Part shown: positions 10,401 through 22,400 of the stretch, piece after piece | Numbering within the stretch: the stretch's first letter is position 1 | Layout: each line of letters opens with the position of its first letter | Source of the DNA: Amoebophrya sp. A120 | Taxonomy: Eukaryota > Protista > Dinoflagellata | Reading direction: 5' to 3' | Assembly: GCA_905178155.1 (NCBI GenBank) | Contig: CAJINV010000007.1 | Location: forward strand, 229,371-293,370 | Length of the DNA stretch: 64,000 nucleotides | Translations under genes and position numbers: made by a program | The notes under the pieces: model-generated | What the model was told of the DNA's origin: nothing | Databases searched by the model: none | What the model saw: only the letters and a program-made list of their open reading frames with translations

Positions 10401-13400
10401 CTAAACTATCACCGGCTTCATTGCGGGTTTTCTGCAGGTCGGGCACGTCCCCTTGTTATTCAGCCATTCCAACGCGCAGTCGAAGTGGAAGTAGTGCTTG
10501 CAGGGCAGTCGCACCACATCCCCGTCCTGCTGGTCATCCTCCCCTTCCAGGGCGCACATGCAGATCACGCAGTTTGACCATAAGTAGTCGTAGGTTCCCG
10601 ATTGATGGGGTTTTCTGCAGAAAATCTGGGATGAAGCAGTTTTTTGCTTTTTCAACATCGCTTCGGAGGAAGTTTTCGCGCCTCTATTAGGCTGTTCTAC
10701 TTCCTCTTCGTCCTCTCCCTGTTGCTCCTTCACGACCCGCATCGACTCTAACTCCGCCAAACACACCCGCGTCGGTAAGTTCCGCAACTGGGCATCGATG
10801 TTTTCAAACAACTTCCGCAACCGCATATCTTCCGTGCGCACCCGGGTCGCTTCGTCGGTCCACAATTGCCGTGACCAAATCTTATTGGCCTGCTGCACCG
10901 CCGCCAGCCGCATGAAAATCTGCTGCAACCTCGACCGGGACTGCGACCACCGGTTGTGGGCGAGTAACCGCGTTTTGGAAACGGGTCCGTGACCGGCGAG
11001 CGACTTCAAGAATTTTCGCAAATCCTCCCGGTTCTGGAACTGCTTCGCTTTGAGACAGAGCTCCAAATCCCGGAAGTCGTTTTGCAAAATCTTCGGAAAG
11101 AGAAAGCTCGCCTCGTACAAGCGGACCCAGATGTCCACCGGAATGGAGTTGGGTAAGTCCGGCGCCTCCCCGAATTCCTCGTGGTACCGCGCGTAGGAAT
11201 CCACAATCTCCCGCAACAACGTCGTCCTTGCGATTTTCCGCTTCCGACTCGTTTTCACGGATTTCAGCACGTGGCAGTCGGTATCCTGTGCAAAAGTATC
11301 GTACTCGTAGTAATCGCAGTCATGCATCACAAATTTCGTTTCCAAGGCAAATCAGCATGACAAATTTTATTTGTAATGCTGAGCGACTTTGTATTGCAAT
11401 AACTCCTAGTACGATACTTTTGCAATTCATAGTCCGCCAATTCTGAATAGTCGGAGCGATCAGACAGGCGCAGATGCTCGCCGGGATGCGACTCCCCGAT
11501 CGGGGAGTAAGTTTGTAGTTGCGCGGGTGTTGTTGTTGTGATCGAAGGATCTTCACCACGGCTAGAACCATCTCTCCGACTTTTCGGCACGAAGGAGAAG
11601 GCTCTCGTCCGGCTCTTTCGAATTTCCTGATCGTGATCCTCGTTGTTATTGTTGTCCTCTCCAGTATACTGCTCCTCCGTCGCCATGGAAGCCCGCTGCG
11701 TCAAGGAGGAGGAATTTGTCTCGGTCTGCGACTCGAGAAAGTTACTACTTCTATCCCTCCAGCTATGGCGTTCTCAAGTGTTACATTCCCAACTGTTACA
11801 TGAATTTGTGATGCAAGAGTGGCAAAAGTGAAAGGAGGAAGATTGCGCCTTTTGCATTTACAAGTTTGGCGCAGATTTAGATGCTGTCTAGCCCTTCCGA
11901 AATTTGTTATGCGAAGCAGCTCGATCATCTGCCGGCCTAAGGTGCTTTTGCATGACAAATTCCTGCAACAGTTGAGAATGTAACATTTGAGAACGCCATA
12001 TCCGATGGGATACCCCTGCGGATCTTGCAGCCAGTAGTTGTTGTGCAACACCGGGAACAGCTCGAAGGTGTTCTTTGTAGAATCTGTGACCGGGTAGTAA
12101 AATCCGTCTTCCCCGCTGTCCATCAGCTGAAGGCAGGTGCCGGAAATCTTCCCCGTTTTCAGACACAGCTTGCCCTCGATCCGGGTCTTATGCATTGCAA
12201 AAGTGTCTGGGTTTGGAAGGATGCAACTTGTCATGCTGTCTTTGAATTCTGAAAAAATCTGTATTGCGTAAGCCCTACACGGAAGGGGCATTTGTCATGC
12301 GGTATGGGCATCAGGAAGCCCTCACAAAATCTGTGATGCTAGCGCATGATACATCACAGACATCATGGATCATGCAAAATGTGCATGACAAGTCCTCCAA
12401 TCTTCCAGACCCAGACATTTTTGCATTTGATAGGTCTCAAAGTCTTCCCATTCCAAATCGAGGAAATCCAGCTTCTCGTACGGTTCTTGCTCATCGTCTT
12501 CTTCCTCGATTTCGTATTCGTAATTGGAAACGGACTCCTGACTGATCCTGGGTAAAGTGTCGATCAACCGCTGCTGGTTGAAAAGGTAGTCCCGATATCA
12601 ACTGCAAAAATGTCTGGGTCTGGAAGAATGCCAGACTTGGTTGGTTGGTTGGATAGCGCCTGTCGCCGGTGCAGGTCCCGCCCTCCATCGATTGCGATCC
12701 GGAGTAGCCAGAACACAAGGCCCTAGTGGCACAATCGATCGACGAAGCCCTTTATAACCAGGTCACGGACATCCGGCTGCCGTGGAGTCATTCGCGGGCC
12801 AGGCAACGTCTAGGAGCTACGGATTAGGGATCTTGATGGGCGAGACAGGTCACAGCCATCCGCCTGCCCATCGAAGACGAGCCAGGTCACTTGTCATGCA
12901 GGTTTTCCATAAGAACCCATGAGGTCTGGTATGTAGGACATAGCATGACAGATTCTGTGAGAGTTCTATCATGCCTATCCTGCATGAGAAACTGCCTCTC
13001 GATTAGGTCAAAAGTTGACAGCTTTTGGTAATCACGCAACACAGATTTTTACATGATTCAGATTTAGCATGACAAGTTGCGTTGTTCCAGACCCAGACAT
13101 TTTTGCATTTGATACCCGAGGCATGGTCGTTATTTTCGCGTTCATTTCGCCGGCATCTCGATCTCCTCGCCCGTTGTTTTTTGAAGATGACCTAGAGGAC
13201 CCCGTCGGCTTGCTCTTGCTGTTCCGACCGGCAGTGCCCGTTGCAGAGACGTCGTGGTCGTTGCCATCATTATTCCCGCTGTGTTCCCGACTGATAGGAG
13301 TATCAAGCAGCTCTCCGCCGTCCAAGACGCGACCGTAGTATTGCGCGTTCTCAATGTCCGTGAAAATCGGTTTTTCATCGCCATCAAACTGCCGCATGTC

Positions 13401-16400
13401 CTTCAATTTCGCGGTCTTAATCCGCACGAACTGCGCATCCGACCCGTCCGAATGGATCGCGTAGATCAGCTATCAAATGCAAATATCCCTGGATGTCTGG
13501 AAGGTCGCAACTTGTGATGCTGCCTTTGGATTCCACACAGAATTTGTATTGCGTGGGCAGCAAAAGAGGTCCGTTTTTTGCTCCACGGAGAGGGCATTTG
13601 TTTCTCATGCAGTACAGGCATGATCAGAAAGCCCTCAACAAATCTGTGATGCTAGGGCATGCATCACAGACATTATGGGTCATGCAAAATATGCATGACA
13701 AGCGCTGCCTTTTTCCAGACCCAGACATATTTGCATTTGATATCAGCGGCGGGGGGAGGTCTTTCAGTGGGGGGTACGGCGGCACCCGCCACGGCTGGGC
13801 CTCAATCGCGAGGTAGTAGTCCACACCGGAATCGTCTTGGGTAGCTGGGAGTTGTCGTTGTGTTATGATTACTAGCCCTTTAACGCGGGCGTCCAGGACG
13901 CCCGCTGGGCTAGTAGCTTGAAAAATAATTCTACACATGGGGCGCGCACCGTTCGCGCTATTTTGGTTGGTGAGAAGGTGAAGGCATGGCACAGACAGAA
14001 ATAGGCACAAAAGGCCCTGAAATTCGCCCCAGAGGAAGGGGGAGCTGGCACCGCAAGAGAAAGCAAAAGCACAGCGGGCGAGGACTACATAGACCCAGGC
14101 GCGGCCTTCCGGCGCGCGTGCGGTTTTGCTTTGTGCATGGGCTGCCCCGAGGGAGATTGGTGCGCCTCGGCCGGCCTTGCTGCGCTTGCCCTAACGGCAT
14201 CGCCGCTTTAGCGCTTTTGCGGTCCGGCGTCCAGGACGCCGGCCCGGCGTCAGCCCCTTTTGCGCGCCCGGCAAGCAAAGCAAAGGGGGCCAGCCGCAAA
14301 GCTTATGTTGGGGCGGCTTTGGCGGCCGGCTGGCCATCACTTTTGCCCGCCCGGAAAGTGATGGCCAAAAATGATGGCCAAGGAGTTCCGGGCCATCACT
14401 TTTGCCCGAGCGAAAAGCGATGCCCACGAAGCTCTTGGCCGTCACTTTTGCCCGACGGGCCGAAATTAAAACGATGGCCAGCGAGCTCTTCATTGACCGT
14501 CACCTTTGCCCGAGGCGAGCGAAAAGCGATGGCCATGGAACTCTTGGCCACCACTTTTGCCCGACCGGGCCAACACTTTTGACCATCGTTTTTTTTTTTA
14601 CCCAAACGAAAAGCGATTGCTGGCCACCGGCATCTTGGCCACCACTCACTTTTGCCCCACCGGAAAAAAATTCACTTTTGCCCGGCCGGATCGGAAAGCG
14701 ATGGCCAGCGAGCTTTTGCCCATCGATCATTTTTGCCCGACCGGAAAACGATGGCCGCCGAAAGCGATGGCCAGAGGGCTCGCGGCCATCACTTTTGCCC
14801 GACCGGAAAGTGATGGCCAGGGGGCTCCTGGCCATGACTTTTGCCCGACCGGAAAGTGATGCATGGCCGTGGAGCTCGCGGCCGTCACTTTTGCCCGACC
14901 GGGAAGCGATGGACAGGGACCCCTTGGCCATCGCTTTGCCCGACCGGAAAGTGATGGCCCCGCAGGAGCTTTTTGACCACCACTTTTGCCCGACCGGAAA
15001 ATGATAGCCCGGGAGGAGCTCTCGGCCATCACTTTCGCCCGGCCGGAAAGTGGTGGCCAAAAGTGATCGCCAGGCAGGGCAGGGAGCTCTTGCCTTGGCC
15101 ATTACATTTGCCCGAGCGAGGTAGTAGTCCACACCAGAATCGTCTTGGGTAGCTGGGAGTTGTGTTATGAATTTGAATGTATAAAAGTGATATCAGATAT
15201 AGTTTTCTTTCGAATAGTAGATTGGGAAGATCATCGCTCCTGTCTGTGTGGAAGTTCAAATTCTTAACCTACAAGCGGTGCCAGGCAAAGAACGACTCTG
15301 TAGTTCTCATATCAGATAAAAATTTTATGAACGTCGAAAAAGAAAACCACTATACTTCTGAAGTCTCCGGGGATGCAAATTTTCCCCTCCCATTCCCGGC
15401 CTGGAACGAGCCACTCGCGGAAGGTCAACGGCTTGTCTATCAAATGCAAATATGTCTGGGCCAGAAAGATTCCGAGGTTTGTCATGCAGTTTTTCCAAGC
15501 TCCCCCACGTCTGGAATGCAGGGCCTAGCATCACAGGTTCTGCAGCCCCTTGGTGATGCCTATTCTGCATGAGAAATGCTCTCAGCATGGCCCGGCAGGG
15601 ACACCTTTTGCACGTTCTGCTTCACAGATCTTTGTATGATCCGAAACACGCATCACAAGTTCGGATCCTTCCAGACCTAGACATTTTTGCAATCCATATT
15701 GTCTTCCGCCTTGCAATTCAAGTGCAGCGAGTGGTTTTTGCTCGAAAGAGGGCTACTTCTACCGTCTGCCCCGCTGTCCCGACGGTGGTCTGTCTCGTTG
15801 CTGTCCCGACTACCTGGAGGATGTTCATCACTCTGGTCGTGACCAGCGGCGGCCTTGATGTCGGCCGTTTGGTCTTCCTCAGCAACACCGTGAAGAATCG
15901 GTTTGTCAAAAAGCATCAAGCTTCCACCTTTGTTGACGGGCACAGCGGATAGCACCCCGATGTCTTCCAAAACTTCCTCCAAGTCGAATTTCAAGAGCTG
16001 CACAAAGAGTTTGCACAGCTTCCTGATGTCGTGAAAGTTCGAATCGTTCATGTTGGTCATGTATGCTCTGCAAAAGTATCGCACCTACGTAGTAATTGCA
16101 GTCATCGACATGAGCATGATAAATCCAAAAATTCTCTACCTGATATAGCATGACAAATTAATTGATTCTATTTTTGAAAAAATTTGTGATGCATTTTACA
16201 CATAAAACGATACTTTTGCATTGCATATCATGCTCATCAGCTCGTAACTCTGCTCCCGCATGATTTCACTGACCCGCTCGCCGTCCATGCTGTTTATCAA
16301 ATGTAAAAATGTCTGGGTCTGGAAGTGTCATGCTGTTTTTGCATGACACAGAAGGTCTGGCATGGAAGCTCTAGCATTACAGGTTTCGAGAAGCTTCGCT

Positions 16401-19400
16401 TCCGCAATGCCGAATCCGCATGACAAATCCCCCACTTTGGTGACAGAAAGTGGGCAGCTTTTGCTACCCAGCATGCATGAGAGATTTTTCCGTGTTCTCA
16501 AATGCGCATCACAAGTTTGTATTCTTCCAGACCCAGACATTTTTGCATTTGATACTGTTCAGCTCATCCTCATTAGGGTAGAGAAAACTGCCGCCCAAAG
16601 TCCCGTCAAACAAGCCGGAGGCGCGCTGCTGATTCAGGATCCACCGCTCAATTTCGGTGATCAGGAGAGAGATCTCCCGTATCCATTGCAAATATGTCTG
16701 GGTATGGAAAGTTGCTAGGTTTGTCATGCATGCAGTAATCTGAATTGCTTCGTGCTGAGTTGCTTTTTTGACTTTTTTTTGTGCAGTTTCTGGCGCGATC
16801 TGAATTGTCACAATATAGCTCATACCTTCGGACTTCGTCTTTGCTCAGTTTTCTTCGTTAATCCTTTCTGTCTTGCCGCTGTTGGTTTCACGTATGACGG
16901 GCGGCGCGTCATATCCCGCAATATTAGCCGCCGCCTTTTCGGGGTCGTCATCACGTGATAATCATGTGATCATCACGTGATGAAGACAACTCAGATTGGC
17001 TTATGAGCAACAAAAGTCATGTGATTATCACGTGACTACTCATGTGATTATCACGTGATCCGAGCAGGCCTGTTTGAGGCCCAAGGCTTTCGCGCGCACT
17101 TGTTCATGGCCAAACACGTAGCGCAAAGAGGAAGAAGCTGCAAGCGCTGCGCTCTAGCGCGGCCAGTTTGCGAGGGCCCAGCCATGGAATGCTCTTCCGA
17201 GGGCTGGACATCGTTGCGTGTGTGGCGGGCGGCGCAGTGTTACGAGAAAACTGCCGCAAGCCGCCCGCTCTATTTCGGAACGCCTCGGGCCCGGCATAAC
17301 GCTTGCGGGCGGCCTTCCCCCCCCCGCCCCCCCCGGGCCCTCTTTCGCATTCTGGCGCGCATGCGAAATTAGGGTGCGCGCGCTGTTTATTTTCGTCTTT
17401 GCTTTAGAGCAACGCTCTGCGGAAAACGTCGACACGCACACAGCCCGTCGCGCAATAGGCCGAGCGCCCGCGCAAGCCTCCCGCGCTACCGGCCTTAGCC
17501 CCTACTTACTATGCGAGGCGCCTTTAAGGGTGCTGGGCACTTCCGTGGACTACTATTTTCTTGCTCCAAATAAAGCTGTCAGGCACTGTGGTCGCAAAAT
17601 ATATTGTCGAGCCACCGCGCTGGGCTGCTTTGTCTTTGTGCGCTGAGTTGCTCCATTCTGTGACAATTCAGCTGCTGCGCTATTCTTTCCGCTTGGGGGC
17701 AAATACGACACAAGGCGCGCCATTTCCGCTTTTGAGGAAATTGGCTCCTGAAGTGCTTCGCTCGCTGTTTTCAGGCTTTCGCCATACGATACGACGCAAG
17801 CTTTGCTCGGAACTTAATACGTATTCGGGTACAATTCAGACTATACGACAACTCAGCGTAGTGCATGCATATTTTGCATGACCCCTGATGCCTGTAGTGC
17901 ATGGCCTAGCATGACAGATTTGTAGAGGGCTTCCTGATGCCTATTCTGCATGAGAAATGCCCTCTCGCCGTGGCAAAAACTGGACCTCTTTTGCTGTTGA
18001 TGCAATACAGATTTTTGTAGTATGCAAGTGCAGAGTGATAAGTTACATCCTTCCAGACCCAGACACATTTGCAATGCATATCTCGCGCTTTAGAATCCAG
18101 CTGCTGCACCTTCAACTGCCGCTGTTGGTTGAAAGTGTGAAGAGCTTCGGCACTCACCGGGCTATAATCGAGGCTCTCGTGGTCTTTGTTGTGCACTGTC
18201 TCGGACGTACTCGTACGTTCTTTGTCCGCATGATTCGCACCCATTTCTTTGCCACCTTCCTTGTCAACATCTTGTTGTTCCTCGGATGCAGCTGTTGTCA
18301 CAACCACCTCCTTCCTATCCGTCATGGCTCTGGGCGCTGCCCACTTCCCGCGCATATAGTTGATATCCCCGCTGGAGATGCCGTTCGTCGGCACATAGCT
18401 CCCGTCCTCCACCTTTTTCGGGCGGGTTTTCAACTCCCGGGTGCGATATCATTTGTAAAAACGTCGCCCCCACAGCAGAGTTGTCATGCAAATGCGCAAT
18501 GACACAAACATTTGTAATGCGCAGCTCCATGGGAGACATTTCCAATCGTGTTTGGGAATTTGTAATGCTGTAGACAGGATGAGAAAGCGGCTCTCTCATG
18601 CGGCTTCCCTTGCTAACCAGCACTACAATGCAGAGGGAAACTTGTCATGCACAACTCCCAAAACTTGGAGATTTGTGTTGCAGATTTACCAGCTTGGCCA
18701 TGGGGTGGGGACGTTTTCACTCAGGATATGCGAAAATACTCCTTCATCACCAGATCCAAATCGCAACTCCGGTCATTCTATCAACTGCAAATATGTCTCG
18801 GTCTGGAAGTGTGCAACGTTTGTCATGCACATTTTGCATGACCCGTGACGCATGCAATGCATCACCTAGCATCACAGATTTTTAATAGGGCTTCCTGATG
18901 CCTATTCCGCATGAGAAACGGCCTCTCCATGCAGCAAAAACTGGACCCCTCATCTTGCTGGTCACGACGCAATACAGATTTTTTTAGAATCCAAAGACAG
19001 CATGACAAATTGCTGTCTTCCAGACCCAGACATATTTGCAATGCATACATTCATGCTGGCGAAGTACTCGCGACCCAATCCCCGGGTCGCCGCCCCCTCG
19101 GGGACCTGAAACGTATCAAATGCAAAAATGTCTGGGCCTGTCATGCACATTTTCCATGATCCATGATGTTTGTGATGTATGCCATAGCATCACAGATTTT
19201 TTGAGCGCTTATCTATGCGCATCCAGCATGACAAATGCCCTCTCCTCGTAGCCAAATTTGAATCCTCTTGCTGGTCATGCAATACAGGTTTTTTTAGCAT
19301 CCAAATGCAGCATCACAAGCTTGGCTCTTCCAGACCGACATCATTTTTGCATTTGATAAAACGCGTCGGTTTGCAACGTCAACGCCCCCGCCTTTTATGG

Positions 19401-22400
19401 CGTTCTCAAATGTTATATTCTCAACTGTTGCATGATTTGCCATGCAGATTCACTATCAGAATCGGCGCGATCAAGCTGCTTCGCATGACAAATTCTCGAA
19501 GACCCACACAGGCTGAGCATCTGTGTACTAAATTTGTCATGCAAGGCACGCAGGGTCACCCCTTTCACTTCTGCCATTCTTGCATGACAAATCCACGGAA
19601 CACTTGAGAATGTAACGTTTGAGAACGCCATACCTTCTTCGCGGCGGTGGGGGTTAAGCTTTGTGTCGCCGCTTTCGAGGTTGCGAAAAAATTTTCGGCG
19701 GAAACTTGCGCTTTGGAATAGGCCGCGGGCGGGCTGACGGAGGAATGTTTGTTGAGTGGGGTGGCATTGAGTTGTGTATTCAGGTTGGGGCCCATGCCCA
19801 TCATCTGCGACACCGCGGGGGACAGCCCTTGATGGTGTTGCTGGTCTAAATTCGATCCTATGCACTGCAAAAGTATCGAACTAGTTCTAGTTCTAGTAGA
19901 AATCGCATGACAAATTTCCTTAGCATGAGAAATGAAATTTGTAAAGCGGACTCGCCTCGAGAAAGAAATTTGTAATGCATGAATGCGATTGCGATTAGTA
20001 CGAGTACGATACTTTTGCAATGCATAGATCCCGCTTTCGACGAAGCCACGGTCGTGCGGCCCGAGGTGTTCGCTGCGTTGTTTAGCTGCTGCTGCTGCTG
20101 GATGTAGTTATTTACTAGATTCACCTGTCCCGAGTAGCTAGTATCGGTCGGGTCGTTCCGGCGCAGGATGTTGCTGCTGCCCTGCAGCATGTCGTTTAAT
20201 TCTCCCGTCGAGGGCAAACTGTACCGGGAAGTAGAAGTCGTGTTGCTGGTCCTGATGCTATCCGGACCGTTCGGCCGGAGCCGGACGTCAAACGTTCCCT
20301 CCGACTGCCGCCCGTCCACGCCGGGCGTCTGCGTCACGACGTAGGGCGACGGGACGTAGCTGGCTTGCGTGGCAGAGCTGTGCGAGGTGCGAGACGTCCC
20401 GTTCGTGGCTCTTGGTCGCGACGGCTGGTGGACCCCCTGCTGGTTCAACACCTGTACCTGCTATCATATGTAAAAACGTCCCCACCCCATAGAAAAAAGG
20501 AAACTTCTGTTGCTGGATTTCTGTACACAAATCGCCACTGTATTGCAGAAGATGCTTGGACAGGCATTTCCTAAGCTTGATTGGGTACTACGCAACAGGC
20601 CTCTAGCGGTTAGGCATGGCAGACACCTTTGCAGTATGAAAAAACGCATCACAGATTGGCTGTGGAATGCGCCAAACGGCTTCCATTTATTGCCCCAGAT
20701 GTTTGTGGGCACAAATCAGCATCACAAATTTCCTTATGGGGAGGGGAGATTTTTCCTCACAATAACTGCCCCGCCTTGTTCGGCGGCATCCAGTCCGGGT
20801 CGGAAAAGTTCACGTTGGCTGTTTATGCATTTCAAATATGTCTGGGAGGTCTGGAAACTTATATTGCTGAGCTGTGAATAGTGAGTGCTCTGTAATGCAC
20901 AGCCAAGCATGAGAAATATTTGCGGAGCTTTAGTGTTGCGTTTTCCGCATGACAAGCTGCGTTTTTGCATGACAAGCAAAAGGGTTCTTTCTTGGACACG
21001 CATGACAGACTTTTCAGTCATGCCAGACAAGCATGACAAAGCTTGCATCCTTCCAGACCCAGACATATTTGCATTTGATATTGCTCCACGAGCGGAAAGC
21101 ACTTCCTCCGCCGAGCTGTTCGCATTTGAAGTCGCGCTCGGGCTCACCGCGGGCTGCTTGTTCTGTGCGATGTTTTGGGGCCGAAGTACAGGATGGTGGT
21201 CCTGGTGGGCGCTGCCACTGTGGGTGCGCGCGTAGAAATTCCGAGACGCCGAGTTGCTGTGAGAGCCTTGACCTGCGGGATAATTTTTGGGATGAAAATG
21301 AAGTACTTAGATAAGTATTCATAATCATAAGAGCGTGGTAAGTAAGTGTTACATATATCTAGTGCCCTCTACTTTCCGCCAATCCGCCCCATGTTGTATG
21401 CAAGTACAAGAAGCTATCGCCCATGCTCTCCTGAGTGTCAGGCACAGTTAGACCCCCCAGAGCCTGCCAAAACACCAGTAAAAAATCATGCTTTGAAATG
21501 TAGTCAATCGATATACTTTCGTCACTCTGGTTGCTCAGTCCGCTTATGGACCGCAAACTCGACTGGGTCCTGCGCAGGTTCTTCTTCATCGGCTCATCTT
21601 CCAGCTCAAAATCATACGCCGAGGCTTCGTCATTGGCGTTGTTACTTCCTCGTGTGATCGCGTGCCCACTGATGTTTATGGAAGTGTCAGAATCGAAATT
21701 GACAAAATCGAAAAATTTGTAATGCATAAAATGTAGGGCACTGGAGGCCTGTATTGGGGCGCAGGCAAATGAGACCGATTGTAAGCCTGTTTAGGGGTAT
21801 GCAATGTGCTGCCAGAGTAGCATGACAGTGGCAGTCTTCTTTGCCCAAACAGCGCGACAGACTGGATTTGGGTGCTCCCGAAATTTGTCATGCGCCGCTT
21901 GCAAACTGAGGCTCCAACTGGTATCGATTTTATGCATCACAAGTTTTGCGATTTTGTCAATTTCGATTCTGACACTTCCATAATGTTCCCGCTCCGGTTA
22001 TTACTCCGGTTCGTCACCGCGGCCCGATTCGCAGTTGTATTCGCGCCGCCGGAGAACCCTCGAGACGCACTTCGCTGCTGCGTGTTGTCTCGACTGTTGT
22101 CGCGGGAGAACGAGTATGAACTGCAAAAGTATCGTACTCGTATAAATGCATCACAAATTTCCTCAGCATGAGTAGAAACAAAATTTGTAATGCGGATTTA
22201 CCTTGGCAAAAGGATTTGTAATGCATGATTGCAATACGAGTACGATGCTTTTGCACAGGATAACGAGGGAGGTAGCGGCACTGCGGAAGAAGCCGCCCGG
22301 GAAACGGACGCGTTGGAATTCGCGGTGGGTAATAACGTGTTGAGCACTATCCTGTCTAAAAACGTTCCCGCCCCATAGTTGTAATGCAAATCTACTGCAT

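Noticed and set aside
16893-16951. Alternative first exon MTTPKRRRLILR with perfect TCCCG repeat and mini-hairpin TATGACG...CGTCATA
   Set aside because: In frame, but it lies within the hAT-like insert and its end does not match the family-A TIR. The true right half at 17864-18080 explains the locus better. A cryptic junction is not fully excluded.
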